In this document: piece after piece, positions 11,301 to 26,300 of the stretch
How positions within the stretch are numbered: the first letter of the stretch is position 1
How the letters are laid out: each line of letters opens with the position of its first letter
From: Yuukianura sp. NJ FZ-2021
Taxonomy: Eukaryota
Length of the DNA: 64,000 bases
NCBI GenBank assembly: GCA_046563655.1
Contig: CM102289.1
Span: 6,820,001 to 6,884,000 of the forward strand
Direction of reading: 5' to 3'
Position numbers and translations under genes: made by a program
The notes under the pieces: model-generated
Told to the model about the DNA's origin: nothing
Seen by the model: only the letters and a program-made list of their open reading frames with translations
The model's database searches: none

Positions 11301-14300
11301 GAGAATTGAATTAGGGAGTTACTTTGTAGTTGAATTAAGACAGAGAAGAGAAGCTCTCTAGATGAAGAAGCTTTTAATTGTAACTAAATCTACTTAAATA
11401 CTCGGAACTCAAAGTGTGTGCTGAGGAATTGGTTCACTTTAGGAACCTAAATTTAATTAAAGTAGCTCACGGATTGGATATAGAATTAAGTGGCTCCAGT
11501 CTTTGGCTTTTGTGAGGTTCCATTAGGTTAGGTTTCCCATGAGGTTATGTTAGACTTTTGTACTGGGGAAAGTGTAGTCAAAAGAATTCTTTCTTTTGGT
11601 TTTTAGAGATGGCTGCTTTCTTTTAAAGCAAAGAAAGCTTTACCACCACCTCTGTCCGAATACACATAACACGTCGATAGATTTTCAAAACGAAATGGAA
11701 AAACAGGAGCTGCGGTAAGACTTTTCTTTTAAATTTAGAGTTATGTGCGGCACAATAAAATATACGGGACTAAAATTTCAATTTATACCTTCCAGCACTT
11801 TACTTTTCTTCCCGTTTGCCACATCCTTCCTTGTGTTCTTGTTCTTTTAGAAGATTATGGTACTAAATTTAAGTAAGAAGAAAAGCATTGAGAGTTCTTA
11901 CAACATCATAAATCGTATCCCCACCTTTATGTCCCTACGCTTTTTGGTTTCCACTTTTTAAAGCTTGCGCGCGAGAACTTCTTTTTTTTTTCAATTTCCA
12001 TTCAATTTATATTTCTGAAATTTTTCGCCATGCGATGAAGGCGAATGTCTCATTTGTTTCACAAGTTTTGGCTGTTTTTTGTGTACCCTAACTTCATTTA
12101 TGCTAAACCAATTTTTTTTAAAAAGAAAGTTGTTTTGAGGTTTGAGGTGAACTTTTTGGTACAATTTTCATAACAAAACATATGAACTTCTTCGAAAAGT
12201 TTTTGAGAGAGCAAGTTATTTTTGGTCCAATTTTTCAATTTTAGGGCTTTAAGGAGGAAATCCTTCTCAGCTGTTAGCTTTTTATTCGAATATGTTTCCG
12301 TATAAAGAAAGTCACAGTTTTTTTTTTGAAAAATATTACTCAACCTTATACAAAATGACACACGTTTCAAAATTTATTCACAGTTACTAACAGTATGTAC
12401 ATGAAAAAAAGTTGCATTTGAAAGTGTAGACATGTTGACACTTTTTCCCGCCTCTCGCTTCAATAGATTTTCCAGCTTCACATGGCTTTCCCCTCCTTTC
12501 TCTTTTCAAACTTTTTTTTCTAACACAGAAATTATTAGTTCCGCCAAGAACTGACTGTCGGCAAGTTTCTCTTGCTTTCAAATCCAAATCCCCGCCATTT
12601 TTTACAAACCGTATCTTCCGCTGTTCTAAAATTCAATTTTCAAGCTTACGACGCTACAAAACTAAAAACAAAATGGAAGAAGAGAATTACTTCCAAAATT
12701 TGTAGTTTTTCATGGAAAAAAAAGCTAAAGGTTTTCACAGTAAAGGAAATAAAAGCAGTCCTATTTCCTCATTAGGCGGTACTTTTTTTTTCCAAAAACT
12801 GTTTCCAAAAATTTGAAGAAAAAAGAAAATGCAATATCCTGGTTCCTGTTCCAAGAGAAATTCCTTCGAACTCACTCAGGAAGTTGAAGAAAAAACGGCT
12901 CCTAGAACAAGAGTTTTCTAAATCAAAGAATCAATAAATGATTGGTTGGTAAATGGCATTTCTTCTGTCGTCGTCTGAAAAAGGCCGAAAAAGGCGCCAC
13001 TTCAGTCATGTTTAAATTTTCAAACTTCGCTCTTCCTTCTCTTTACTTTTGTCTCCCTTGTCGGTTGTGTTTCTGAGCTTGGTGATAGTGGCATGCATGT
13101 GAGTTTTTCAAAAAAGAAATACGACTGTATAGTTACTTCCTCTTCACTTGGTTTTCTGAAAACCAAAAAATAAAACGAAGAAAAAAAAACTTGACAAGGA
13201 GAAAGTCCACAGATTGAAAGAAATGAGTGTGCTTTCTCCACTTTCCTTTTTCCCATTCTTTTCCCGCCTCCACTCCTCTTTCCATTGATTTACTTCACAA
13301 ATCTCTTCACATCCTTTTGTTTTTTTCTTTTTGTAATTTTTCAGAACTCTCCTTAAAAGTAGATACAAAATCTAACGAAAATTCTGTTTCATGACAAAAT
13401 TTAATTTTTTGACCTTATTATGAGATGATTGATTGAGCTTTTTGTTCATTTTTAGGCTGACGTCATTTTCTAAACCGTGAGAACGTAAAGCAAGCAAATG
13501 TATTTAAATTCACGTATCAAATTTGACCTAAAAACATTCCAGTTTACAACATTTCGGTGAAGAGATGAGGTTTAGTTATTAGAAATTAATAGGACGCGGA
13601 AATTCCTAAATTTGGTTTTAATTCCCAAATTTGAAAAGTTTGTGGTTAGCGGCCATTTGGTGTAACTTTTGAAACTCCATTTCCGGTAGTTAGTGAAAAC
13701 CTTGTGATTATCTTTTTATACCAAAAGGCGAGCGGACAAGCCATCGGACCGCCAACATTTGAAAATAAATCACTTTCGTTAATTAGCTCCCTGTCGGTTT
13801 CATTCTCTTAGTTGAAGTTTTAGCCCTTCTGCAATAATCTCAGCACGTCCGTACCTCTCATCGTTTTGGTCATAAACAAAATCATGTTCTCCCGCCACTA
13901 AGCTGTGCTTGTGCTGATACTGCGTAACGGTAGTGCTAACGGCGTAACGTAGGTAGAGAGTAACGCAACTTTAGCGTAAGAGGATGATGGAGGCAGAAAG
14001 AACGTGCGTCCTCTCATGCTGAACAAGAAGTAGTTTAGATCCAAATTGGTTCCGATTCACAAAACTTACCATCAAATAAAGCACTTCAAATTTTTCCTTG
14101 TCCAAAATCTAGTCCACAAACCTAACCAAAATCCTTCTTTGCCTCCATTTTCTTTTGCCGCAATGCACTTACACAATCATTGAAACACTCTTTTTCTATA
14201 CTTTCAAAACCTACAATTTTAGAACACAGGAAAACCATTTTAACTAATTTTTTATACTATACGGAAAAACTCAGGGAAGAAAATCGTGAAATCGGGGGTA

Positions 14301-17300
14301 ACTGTTGCCGAACTTTTATTTGAAATTTAAATTTTGTGCACTTTTAAGTTTTTTAATGGATTACTTTAGTATACTGTTGGAGTAGTTTGAGTTGTAGTAA
14401 ATAGGTAGATTAAGAGTAAAGTTGCGGTTAAAGTTTATGGCGGCTATTCGGATTTTGTTTAAATTGAAATTAAATCCTCTTTATTGTATGAATCATGTTT
14501 TAATAACATTGTTTGTGGAACTGGTGTCCCTCCATAATTCTCCGGCTTTGTGTTTCCTCCTTTTCTGGGTTCTTCAAAATAATGATTTTGTGCGTTTTTG
14601 CTTCGCTCGGCACAAAAATTTAATCAAATGGAAAGTTGGATACAATTTGTTCTTCTTTTGTTTTGCATTTCTCATGTATAATTCAAAAGTAGAGAAGATG
14701 AAGGCGGAGCGGAACAATCATTTCGCATAGTTCTTTATATTTTCATTTTGTTAGATTATAGAAAAATGTTCAATAAAAAAAGACAAACGATAGGTGAGTT
14801 ACTGTGCTTTCAAAATAGTTCCACATCATTTAATCATAATTGTACAACAGTTATTTCCTTAACCGTAATTATAGTTATTCAAATTAGGCGTATTATAATA
14901 TCATTAGTAATTAATTAAAAACACATTTGACAGTTTTGGATCCTACGGTGAGATATGTTAGGGAAATATGCATTATAGGTAATTGAATATGTTCGGTTCT
15001 GTTTAAAGTTAACTGCTTGTTTTGAAATACTATGAGAATTTGACAACATAAAACTAAGCTACTTTTATTAATCTCCTGTGTAATTTCAATTTTTACGGAC
15101 ATAAAATTTCGTATTTTTTATAAATTATGAAGTTAAGTGTAATTTTACGTTTATAAATAATAAAGTTAAGTATAATTTTAATTTATTTTAAATGTTTTTA
15201 CGTTTAGTCCGAAAACCCGTCTCGAAGCACTTTGAATAGACTTAACAGTTAGTGTTAAACGTGATCGTAACTATTACAAATTAAAGGAAATATTGTCTCA
15301 GTGGTTTAAATTTTCTACTTCACTCTTTCACTCCCACCGGAGAAAGTCAGTTGCCCTTTGCCAACAAATTTCAAATTCAACTTTGCCGCATTTGGAAAAA
15401 CCTACTTTTAGGTTTTTAATTAATCTAAATGATACGAAATGCCTAAATTAACTTTTTAACTGCTGGGCAGTATTTAGTACGTCCTGGATTGTGGCAAATC
15501 CAATTTGTATGGCTATTTCTCACTGCAATTTAAGAACTTTCCCAGATTCCTTCCGCCAATTCTTTTGCCATCAATCAATATCTGCCCCTCCCTGATGGTT
15601 TTTGGTCGTCGTGACATTGGAGTTGAGACGTGCTTCTGGAAGGGATTGTCCATGGTAGAGGTTAGCTCAGGGAATATAAGCTAACCATGACACAATAAAC
15701 GTCTCTCCGTGTCTTTTCTGAGTGAGTGATTAAGGAGAAGTATCTGGAGAATAAAAGACCAAGTTTTGATGAGATCTTCAGATAAAAGATGAAGATGGAA
15801 CAGTAGTGGATTATGACAGAGAAATACCCGGGGTACTAAAGGTAGTCTACGTTATGTTATAGGTTAACCTAAAATTCACAAGTGACAGTTGAGAGGCTTC
15901 CCATGTTCAGTTGCCGTATGCTAGAAAGCTGTTCAGTACCTCTTTATGCTCCAAAATCTCTGAAAGCTTCTCAACTTTAGTGCTATGCTCTGCCTATTGT
16001 GAGCGTGGTGAAAAGATCAGCTTTTGGAAAGTGATGACAGGCGGTCAAAATGACAACTTTTCAAAAATGACTTTGTAAGCAAATAAAATTGAAAACCAAA
16101 CTTTACCACCACTCACTCTTGAGTTCCATGCTTCTTCTGTTGTACATTTTATGCTGAACTGCCAAGGGTAACAAAATTTTAGTGTCAAGCTGTCAGGTTC
16201 ACAGTGTGTAACTAAAGTGCGGTTTATAACGTTGACAGAGTAGAATTTTGTGTCACTCAAGATGTAAACCATAGAATTGATTTCTGGCAGCGTCTTAAAA
16301 AAAAACTCCACAGCGGTCTAAAAACTTTCACTTTTTAGTGGGTGCAAAATTTCAAAAGTTTTTTATGATTTGAAAAGTTTGGATTAAAACAGAATTTAAC
16401 TTTCGGTTGTAGGACTTTGTGCCTGCAAATTTCCGCAACTAATTTTTGTTTCTCGAAAAAATTTTATAGGCCTGATTTTTTTCAAAATTCAAAATCGGAG
16501 TTTTACAAAACTAATTAGGCCAAACAGATTTTCTTCGAAACTTGATACAACAATTGCCAACTATTAACCAGAAGGCACACGGCTTAAACTTTTAGAAGTT
16601 TGTATTCAATGAGAGTCCAGAAGTTTCCAGCATATTCTCAAGTACATTCAGTTCATCGTCGTCATTAAGGTTGGAAATTCCTTTGAAGTTTTTTGGCAAC
16701 TGACTTTCTCTCCCATTCTGACTATTAGTCTACCCCCTTTCATTCATTCCCAAAATCTCCAAAAACTTTTTAGAACTTCTCATTCCAAAGACTATACAAT
16801 TTGAATAGGCGAATCCTCTCTGTTCCTTTGACTCGATCCCTTGTCTCTAATCCCTTTCGGTGGGAGAATGTGTGTCGTTGGGTGGGCCTCAAGGGCCCCA
16901 CCACTCCCCACCATCATTAGTCCCTCTTCTACTGTGGTGGGGCGTCCGTCTTCTGACGAGTCTGAGGCAGTGGTGGTGGCTGCGGGTGGGACAAGTGGGA
17001 GGTAATACAGGAGACAAGACACAGACACGAGAAATAGGAAGAAGATGAAGATGGCATCGAAGAGGAGCAGAGCGTTGAGTGCCATTAGTTGCATTCTGCC
17101 GTAAAACTTTCTTTCTGCCGCTGTGGATTCGGCGGGAAATTTCAAAATCTAAATCTTGTTAGCAACTAGCGGGAAATCGAATCCCTTTCTCTGTTCCTTC
17201 TTCTGCTTAGTTTTAGCAGCCACAATCCGTCTAAACAACTATGGTTTCCTAGAATGCTTCAATCCTTGTTGTATTGATCCGTTCCACTGAATTCTACTTT

Positions 17301-20300
17301 CTCTTGCGCCCACAGCGTCCCGCTTTTTGCTTTTCTACAAAATGCAATTACATATCAAATTGCAATTACAAGTAAACAACCTTCGAAGTTAGCCACTGGG
17401 AAACGTAAGAAAGCGGGAATTTTGAAGTACCTAGTTGGTTATATGGTCCAAGTCAGTTTCACTTATTCATAAGACGCAAGTAATCCAAGAAGATGTTGTG
17501 TCACAATAGATTCAATCCAGTTCACTTTTCAGACAAGACTACTCAAAAGAGAGTCACGCCGCACATCATCTTCGCTCTCTGTTCGAGCCCCGGTACAGCC
17601 GTTTCTTTTTTTTTTCTTGGTTAGTTCCAATTCCCTGAAGGTGTTCCTATGTACTGGCTGTAGTCTGCGGTAACGGTAAACTAACTTGATTTGGTGTAAA
17701 CTGTAAACGAAATAAGAAACATGTTAGAAAATTGGATTCGAACGAGGCAACAAACCAGCGCTCCTCGTGCGGAGGAAGATATGACGTTCTAGCGGGCGTT
17801 TTCAAGAGAAAAAAAAAGTACAAAAGAGCCACTTTCTGCAACAGTTCTTTTTTTACAAAGTGTGTAAACAGTTTGGTTCCAATTTCAAATAGGATGGGTG
17901 GGAACAGGGATGAAGGAAATTAGACCGTTTGAATTTCAATCGATAGTAAATGCAGGGGAGAAAGTTCGAAAGCGCGGGAAAGTGAAAAAAAAGTTGCACT
18001 TCGACAAACGACAATTCGATACGAGTCCAATGACCTCGCCGAATCCCTTCAAACTACCAATCACACTCCAGAAGTTTAAAATTTCCATAAGGAATTGCCA
18101 TTCTCAATTGCAAAAGTTACAATAGCATTGCAAAACATTTCACCCTAACTTCCACTCAAGCTGATTTAATTTTTATATCTACTACAATTAAATTCGCAAA
18201 TGGCGGACATTTATTAGGCAGTTTCAGAAAATGTTTAGAAATTGTCTGCATTTCAATTTCACTCCACATGAGAAAGCTCACGGCTTCTGCGGTTTCGCGC
18301 ACACGCGCTAATTTCAAACTTTTAATGGTGAACTTGTTAACTTGTGACCTTGTTAGAATTAAATATTCATGAACTCGTGTTTCCAAATTTTGCAAATGAC
18401 AGTCTGTGGCTTTTAAGTAGAAAGTAGATCGAAAACGAAGGGGAGTTCTGTGAGATCCTCTGATTAGCACGTCGTTGTTACACAATTTGTCCGACCTTTG
18501 TCAAATCTTGTCTGATCCTACTGTGACATTTGACACAATCCTGTATCTGAAAAGCCGTTGATCTGACAAGAAGGTCCCTTAAGGCCTTCCAAACAGTCAA
18601 ACGAGATTTCCTAATTGGTTTAATTCCACTCAGTTCGGGAAGGATGTGGAGCTCTTCTGATTGTTTCAGAACAGAATACACTGGAAGGCTTTCACTTTGC
18701 TTTTTTCCACTCGCCCTTAATCCCATGACGAATACGAACTTTCTCCAACTGTTTCACAAATTGACACGATCCAGAAGAACAAAAGGTTGTGAAACTGCGC
18801 ATGTCTAAACATTTTTCAAATATACATAAATGTTGCTGAACAAACAAAATTAAAAGTTGTGTCAAGTGAGGAAATCCCTGTGATTCATTACGTTAATTTT
18901 AAATTAGACTTTGTAGTTAATACTAATTTGACGACGTCGGCATTTTGATTTTCTTTGGATTCTAAATACTGGAGCACGAGAAAATAAAAATTAAGCTGCC
19001 TTTTATGTTTTCCGTTTCTTTTGAAGTATAAAGAACACTGCACAGGCAGGCACTATGCACTACTACCAGTTTGTTAGCGTTGAAACTCAATTAAAATTAG
19101 TTACTAATTACAATTTTGTTTCCAAAATGGAAATTGGTTCATTACCAACAAATAAAAAGAAATTGAAATTAATCTTATTCTGTTAGGTTTGCACAATTGA
19201 CAAATAAAAGTTTTCATAACGCAAAACAATTTCATTTTTCAAATCATTTTGAGAAAAATGAAGAATTCTTTTTTTTTCTTCCTTTTTTTTGAAAAAGTTT
19301 ATTGTTTCTTAAAAGTTGGTTTGAATAATGTTGTTAGAAACGTAGTCATTTCAGGTCAAATGTAATTGAAAATGAAATGCCATATGTCAAATGGCAAACG
19401 TTAATAAAAATCTATCCAAAAGTTTGGAGAAAGTGGTTGATTGTGATGATGGTGCAACGGAATGATAAGGCGTCGACGAGAAACTGTCGTCGCTTTTGGA
19501 AATGATCTTTCTCCTGCCGCTGAGCGCTTTCACCAAAGTGTTACTAAAAAGCATTTGGAGACAAACGAGACGAAGTTTCAAATTTCACTCAACCGGAAGT
19601 GAGCTCCCATCATCATCCCACTTCATAAAATTCTTATTTTGAACTTTCCTCGCGACCCTAGAACTTTCCGTGCTCTTAAAGTCTAAAGGGCGGAACAACA
19701 AGTGAAATTCCTTGGAAAGACGAAAGTGCGCTACAAAAAGTCTCGTATCTCGTTTTTTTGAAAACTCGTTTTCTATCACACTCCAAAAAGATAAGACGCC
19801 GGAAAAGCTCATATAGCAAATAGTTGAGACAGAAAATCGGATGCTCCACGTCAATTTTTATCTCGTTTATACCTTACTTCTTTCACTTTTTGCAGTCACT
19901 ATACTTTCTTTGCTTTTTTTGAACCAAAATATGAAAGAAAAAGTCAAACATGAAAAATACGCCGAAAATTTGGTACCATGGTGGAAATAGAATTTGAAAT
20001 CGAATCATTGTACTTCTTTAAAAAACCGCGAATACACGGGACAAGTAAATTAGTTTAAAAAGCTAAAGATTGGCAAAAAAAAAACGTTTTAATAGCGTTT
20101 GAACCATTTCGTGGAATAAAAATTGAGTTGTTAAGCTTTCAAAAAAAATTAATCTAAGCACAACCGGTCGGAAATCTAATACAGGAGCTGCAGCGCGCCT
20201 TTCTTATAAATCCCATAGCCTTTCATCTTTTTAACTTTTTTAAAAAAGCGGAGAGCAGCAACCTTAATGAAATTTTCAACTTTACTTCCCAAAAAATTAT

Positions 20301-23300
20301 GAAGGCAGGAGCAGCCAGCTACTTTTCTATGAGGAGTTTATAAGGCAAAGTTTAAAGAGTAGAGTAAAAGTTAAATTTGGTTAGATTGGCGCTCGAAATT
20401 TTTTTTTCTTCTTAATTTTATGAAATTTTGAAATTTTAGATTCTAGAAGAGCCTAACCTAACCCGTTCATCACTTTTCACTTTCCCCTTTGTTTCAACCT
20501 AGCCCTTCACTTACGTGAGTTACGATTCCCTAAACCTAATGAGGTAATTTCCCTTTTCTTTTGCTTCAATGACTTTTCCATTTTCCTCAATGCTTCCTCC
20601 TATGTTATACTGCAGAACATACTTCAATTCAGTTTTCAGTTTTCTCCAAGGGCTTTTGAAACCCGTTTCTAAAAAAAGATGAGTGGAAAGTTTCTTTTTG
20701 GAAAATGAATTTTTTTCTAATCATGAATTCTCAAGTTACCTGGGCGTGAATTTTCTTTCAAACAATGGAGAAGAGACGGTAATTGAACGGCGAGGAAAAA
20801 ATAAACTTAAAGGAGAAAAAAGTTAACTTTTTGTTCAATTTTTTTTTCTTTTGTTGAAGATATTTTTCATTTTCGAGGCTTGGTACTGGAAGGGTCTGAC
20901 AGGTTGTTGATAAATGATTTTCTTCACTTTTCTGTGGGAAGTGAACGTGAAAGCATGCGAAGACTTCGCAGGTACAGCCGGAAGACAATGAGACATTTCT
21001 TTAGGAAGGAAAAGTCAGAGCGGAATCTTTGAATCGATTCGAAAAATTCCTACCTACCAACGTTTCTGTAGCACCATAACCTGAAAACCGAACGCGGGAT
21101 GAGGCATACTGCGGCTACACTAAATTCATCAACTGTTTTAAAATGGAGAAGCGGGCAGCACGGGCTGGTGAAGACCGGAATGTTTAAAATGGCGTTCACA
21201 TTTTTAGCGCGTAGAAAGTTATGTCTAAAGTTTATGTGGGTCGAAGGCTTTTTGGGTTCTTAGAACCATCAGGACTAGAAATAGAATCCATGATGAACTG
21301 GAGAATAAACAGAACTTGGACGTTATAACATTACGCTACCTGTTTCGGTTTATGTTAGGTTAGGATTAGAACTAGGTTAGTTGCGTTCAGTTAAGTTATG
21401 TTCTTATGTCAGTTACATTTTGTGCGGGTTTGTTTACAAAAAGAAGTTCCTGGGAAATCCTTTTTAGAAAATGAATTAAAATCGTTGTAAAGTTGTTTTC
21501 TAGACTTTCGTAGCACGAAAACATCTACTACGTTGAAAGGAAACTTTGGCTCAATTTTTCTTCAAGGTATACCTACCGCGTGTTGTTGCAGTAGCGCTTT
21601 CTGTGCACATATTTCCTTTGATTTTTATACATACACTTGACTGCAAAGGAGATCTAAGTTGTAGAAGTGAAAGAAGTTTCTCTAGGCAATAACTTTTGAA
21701 GTTTCGAATTTCGGAAAATGAAAGAAAATGCTTCAACAGTTTGCAATTTTTTTTGTCATTGGGTGTGTTACATAATGTTTAGAGTCCCACTTTCCCCAAA
21801 GTGGCCAATTTCATACTTTCCCTTTTCAAAAAAGTATCAACTTTCACCAAACACAAAACCAACATGAAATCAATACCAAATTTATCGTCGTTACCGTTTT
21901 TAGTTTACAAAGGTTTCGCATACAAACAAATTCACAAAAGAAAATTACTTTATCAAAGTGAAAGTTTGACTAAATTGGCTTAATAAAGTTATAGGACTTT
22001 TGTGCCTCGTTAGTTTGAATAGTATAAGTAAAAATTTTTGAAAATGATGCAAATAAACTATGCAAACTATTTCCATCGCTAATTTGGATGATTAAAAGTT
22101 TTGATTTTAGAAATGGTCAAAAACTTTGTTACTGACTGGGCAACTGGTTGAAGGCCCTTGAGCACTTTCACTAGAAAGTGATTAGTGTGCTCTTGTGAAA
22201 AGGAAATGAAGCCTGTGTGTAGTAGTTTCAGAGGGCATTCCACCATGCGCGCAAAATTTTATTTACCATCAAGCAGTTGGGCAACAGCCGGAGGCGAAAT
22301 TCGCCTTCACTTCATTTCCTCTGCCCACATATGTCAACTTTCACCCTAACAATTCTCTTACATTTTGAAAAAAATTGCGGGAAAAGTTGGAACTGCGGGA
22401 ACTTTTCCATTTTTTTTTCTCTCAACCTAAAAGAAAAGGACAAAAAATGGCTCTAATTTCCAAAACAAAGTTTAACTTTTTCCAAAAACTTTCTCCCGTC
22501 TGAATTTTCTTAGCATTAGCTTTTTCGAGAACGGTGCGTAAGTCTTAACTAGTAAGCGCCAGATTTGAGTTTATTGCATGCAGAACGAACTTTTTTCTAG
22601 AAAAAATGTAGAATAAGCTTAACTTACCCAAAGAAATATGTCAATTCACAACTTTCTTTATGTTTGTTTTAGAAGGTGACTTTTGTGAAGTGTGTTTGCT
22701 GTAGCTTCTTGAAACCTTTCCACAACTTTGATTTTTCTTGATCCCGTGTGAAATGTTTTCTAGTGAAAACCCGAGTAAAGTGTTTTCGTTGGTTTTGGCG
22801 GGAAGTGTTTTCTTTTGTTTTAGAGTTGGTAGCTGGATGCACCAAAATTAAATTTTCGTACTGAACCGCAACGATGACTGAGGTTAGGCTAGTTTTTCCT
22901 GACCTATGGAGTCAAGGGCCCCTCTTCCTGATGCAAGTCAATAGAGGCGGTCCGTTACCAAGGAGAAAGTTACCTCCTGTTTTGAGTTCACCGGCGACTC
23001 AACTTGGCTATTGTCCAACTACACGAGGACTTTCGAATTTAGATGCTTCTCAAATCCTTGCTTCTGATTGGTTCTTGTTGGATTTTCAAACAATGTAATT
23101 GTAGTTTGAACTCTGTCGAGTTAATTTTCTTGTCAAGATGGATACAACTACAACACAAAACATGGCAATGAGAAACAGAAGCCCAAGAATGACGTGGTCA
23201 AAGACGATAAGAACCGTAGGCATTGTCATCGTTACAACTTTCTCTTTTGTCTTCCCACCGCTATGTTGTGGTAAAATAGTTAGGTTTAGATTAGAATACT

Positions 23301-26300
23301 TCAGGTTGAGTTAAGCGTTACTTTGACAGTTAATAAACACACAACCAGCACGAACCAACCCCGACAAACTCAAAATTCAAACTGATGGAATTCGGCACGA
23401 AAGGAACTTTCTAAATAGAGATTCCAACGTATGAAAAGCTTCAAGTTTTCTCCCACTTTCTCTTGCTTTCTCCTTCTCCACACAAACTGTGTGTAGTGTA
23501 GTTAAGTTTCCATTTTCTGTAACAGCAACAGTGCGCACGACTAGACAAATTTTTCCAACCGGCAACTTTTTTTTCCATCTTCGAAATCATGATCTCAACC
23601 GAACAGTTCTTTGCTCTGATTTGAAAAAGGAAAAGAAAGGAGAATCTAAGATTTGTTTCAAAAAAGACAATATTTTTCTTGTCTCAGAAAAACAAAAAGG
23701 TTATTGTGTTGTGGATTTGTGAAGAAATGTACAAATATTTTTTCAGACAACCAAGTTTTTTCGTGTTTTTGAAAAGCTGACAAAGCATTTTCTGTTGTTT
23801 GTTTTTTTTAATATGTCCGGCCCAGAACGGCTTTGTTCCATTACGGTTCATGATTCCTAAACCTAAATCCAAGAGCTGCCTGTAGTTCGAAAGTAGCTTA
23901 GGCTTTGATGGAAAAACGTTTTTAAAAAAAATGTCCCGTAAAATTTTTTTGGTTTTCCTTTCATGCTTTCTCCTACGTCTAACAAACTGCCAAATGCTAG
24001 TTTTTTTTCTTGTAGAAAATGAACTTCATTTTCAGGATTTTAATAATCATGTTACAAGAACGGAATTAAAAGGAAGAATTAAAGAATAAAGGAATGTTCA
24101 AAAACGGAGAAAGTTTACCAACATGAAAAGGAGAAGAAAAGCAGCCAAGATGAAATTCTTCAGCATCAAGGAACTTTACTTGGAGCTTGCAGCAAGAACT
24201 GAGGGTCTAGAAACTTCAAACTGCATATCTTGCAAGTCTTTTCCGACCAAAATTCAAAATTTTTCCTCTTTTCTGAAAAAAAATTTAAAAGAGTAAAAGA
24301 AAATGAGGGAAGTTTTGAAAAGTTGTGTCATCCCGGTAGTGAATAGTAGTGAGTGGATGAAGATAAAAACAAGTTGTTGAAATTCTGGTTAAGACGTAAG
24401 GGGGAGAAAACTAAGATGAGGACACAAAAGTTATTGTTTCCAAAGATGAACAAAAACTTTGTCGTTTACGAATCATATTATACGACGAACCCTATGTTTA
24501 ATTTTCTCCATTGAAAACCCTAATCTCCCTCGGCCCAACTCTGTTTTCTCTATTGTTTTCTCCAGACTCTCATCCCTTCTGAGAAATTTCAAAATGAAAT
24601 TGAAATTAAGGCCCAAACAAAAACATTAACTGAGACTGTTTAGGCTACTTTAAGTTTTGAACAAGTTTAAACTCCCCCGCTACTTTCTAAAGCTTCTTCT
24701 TTCACTAAAATCAAATCGCACCATTACTGTTTTCGAATAACTTTTGCCAACTTTGTACCCTCACCAAGTCTTCAGCAATGAGTGACAGAAACAGCGGGAG
24801 AAAGCAGCAGGGTGTCAAAGACCTCTAGTAACTATTTCAGTTCAATCAGCTTTTTCAGAAATTTCTGAATTTATAGGTTTCAAACACGCGAGAAAATTTC
24901 GAATCAAGGTACGTATAATCCAAAAATTTCTTTTAAATTTTAAGTTTTTTTTCTATTTGGTATTTTTTTATGCGCTAGAATTTTCAGGTTTACAAACTAT
25001 CAAACTTAGGAAATCTAAAACACGTACCAGAGAATGTAATCAACAAAAGTTTTTGATTATGAATTGGCACTTTTCCAACTTTTGAATCCAATATGTTAAT
25101 TTGGAGATGAAAAATCGCACAAAATTCAAAATTTGTTTCGATTTTGTCGCTTCGATGCCAAAAATACGGCTTGTTTCGACCACTTTCGCCTTCCAGAGTT
25201 TAATGCGTCTGGTTAGGGAATACGTTTCTACATGAAACGTTCTCGTGCCTCTTGCGGTGGGAGAGTGCATCCGAGCGGGAAATCTCAAAACAACATTCAT
25301 GAAAATGGAAACAAGGAAATGATGAAAGTAGGAAACCGTAAACATTGAGCATGCATTAAGGGCCCTCGGGACTCAGGAAGTAAGCGGTGAAAATCTCATC
25401 ATCTTCTCACAGGGTGGTGGTGACAGCAGCAAAGCCGCTTCTGCCTAACAGCCAAAGCCCTCCAAGTCCACACATGTCATCCCGAGTCCTAAAGGCATTG
25501 TAACACAAAAGTACAGTGAATTTTACTTAAGAACTTTACACCCTTAAGACACCCTCTCATTCTTAAATTCCATCCGGCGCCAAACTTCAAATGTCGGTAT
25601 TGCAAAAATTCCGACACAAACTGATTATTTCCAATTTGTCTCAAGAATGGGGATGAGAGTAGTTTTTTGTTTAAAAAAATCCCGATTTTTTGAAAAATTT
25701 TCAAAACCGGTATTACCTTTTTGCAAAAAACGCACTGTACATTTTTCATACATTACTTTAATGTTGTGAAAGTTATAATGAGAGGATGATTGTCTCCTTT
25801 CTCTTGGCCATATGAGGGCGTTCCTAATTGTCTCCGTCCACAATTCCTGTTTTTGTATGCCCATAATTATCGTTCAAAATGTCGCGCCGGAAATAAATTT
25901 TCACTTCAAAATGTTTCCATTTTGAATACTCTGTGCCAACTTTATTGCACTTCAACCAATCATTTCAAATCTATTATTTTTACTACTTTACCAGCAGAAC
26001 ACAGTTCGTGATCCACCAATTTTGGCTCTGACTCAACCAATTCCACTTTCTTCCTCCTGCAATCCAAACTCTCGTGGCAATAAACTTTCCCAGAGGGTTG
26101 ACTTTACAGTAAAGTCTTTACTGAATCGGAAATTTTGTGGGGTAACGTTAATGACCGATTTAGCACAAAGTTTAAGGTTGGATAGTTACTAGCATAAGCT
26201 TCGATAAGGATCTTCATGGTGGATAAATTTGAAAATTTGAACCTTGGATTCGAACGCGGTACTGCAGGAGGCCTAGAGTATCCTGAGTGATCCCATATGC

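Noticed and set aside
14936..14956. TTGGATCCTACGGTGAGATAT translates to LDPTVRY, resembling the tarsal-less/mille-pattes LDPTGxY peptide
   Set aside because: It lacks the invariant Gly, has no nearby in-frame ATG and is not repeated.
18156..18726. Adjacent minus-strand ORFs of 82 and 109 aa
   Set aside because: No recognisable motif, paralogue or supporting splice structure.
21069..21090. TAGCACCAT, the miR-29/285 family seed
   Set aside because: No flanking hairpin complement, and the 3' part does not match the family.
11521..21380. Scattered TTAGG doublets (e.g. 11523, 21355) resembling arthropod telomeric repeats
   Set aside because: Only two consecutive units at each site, too short to call interstitial telomeric arrays.
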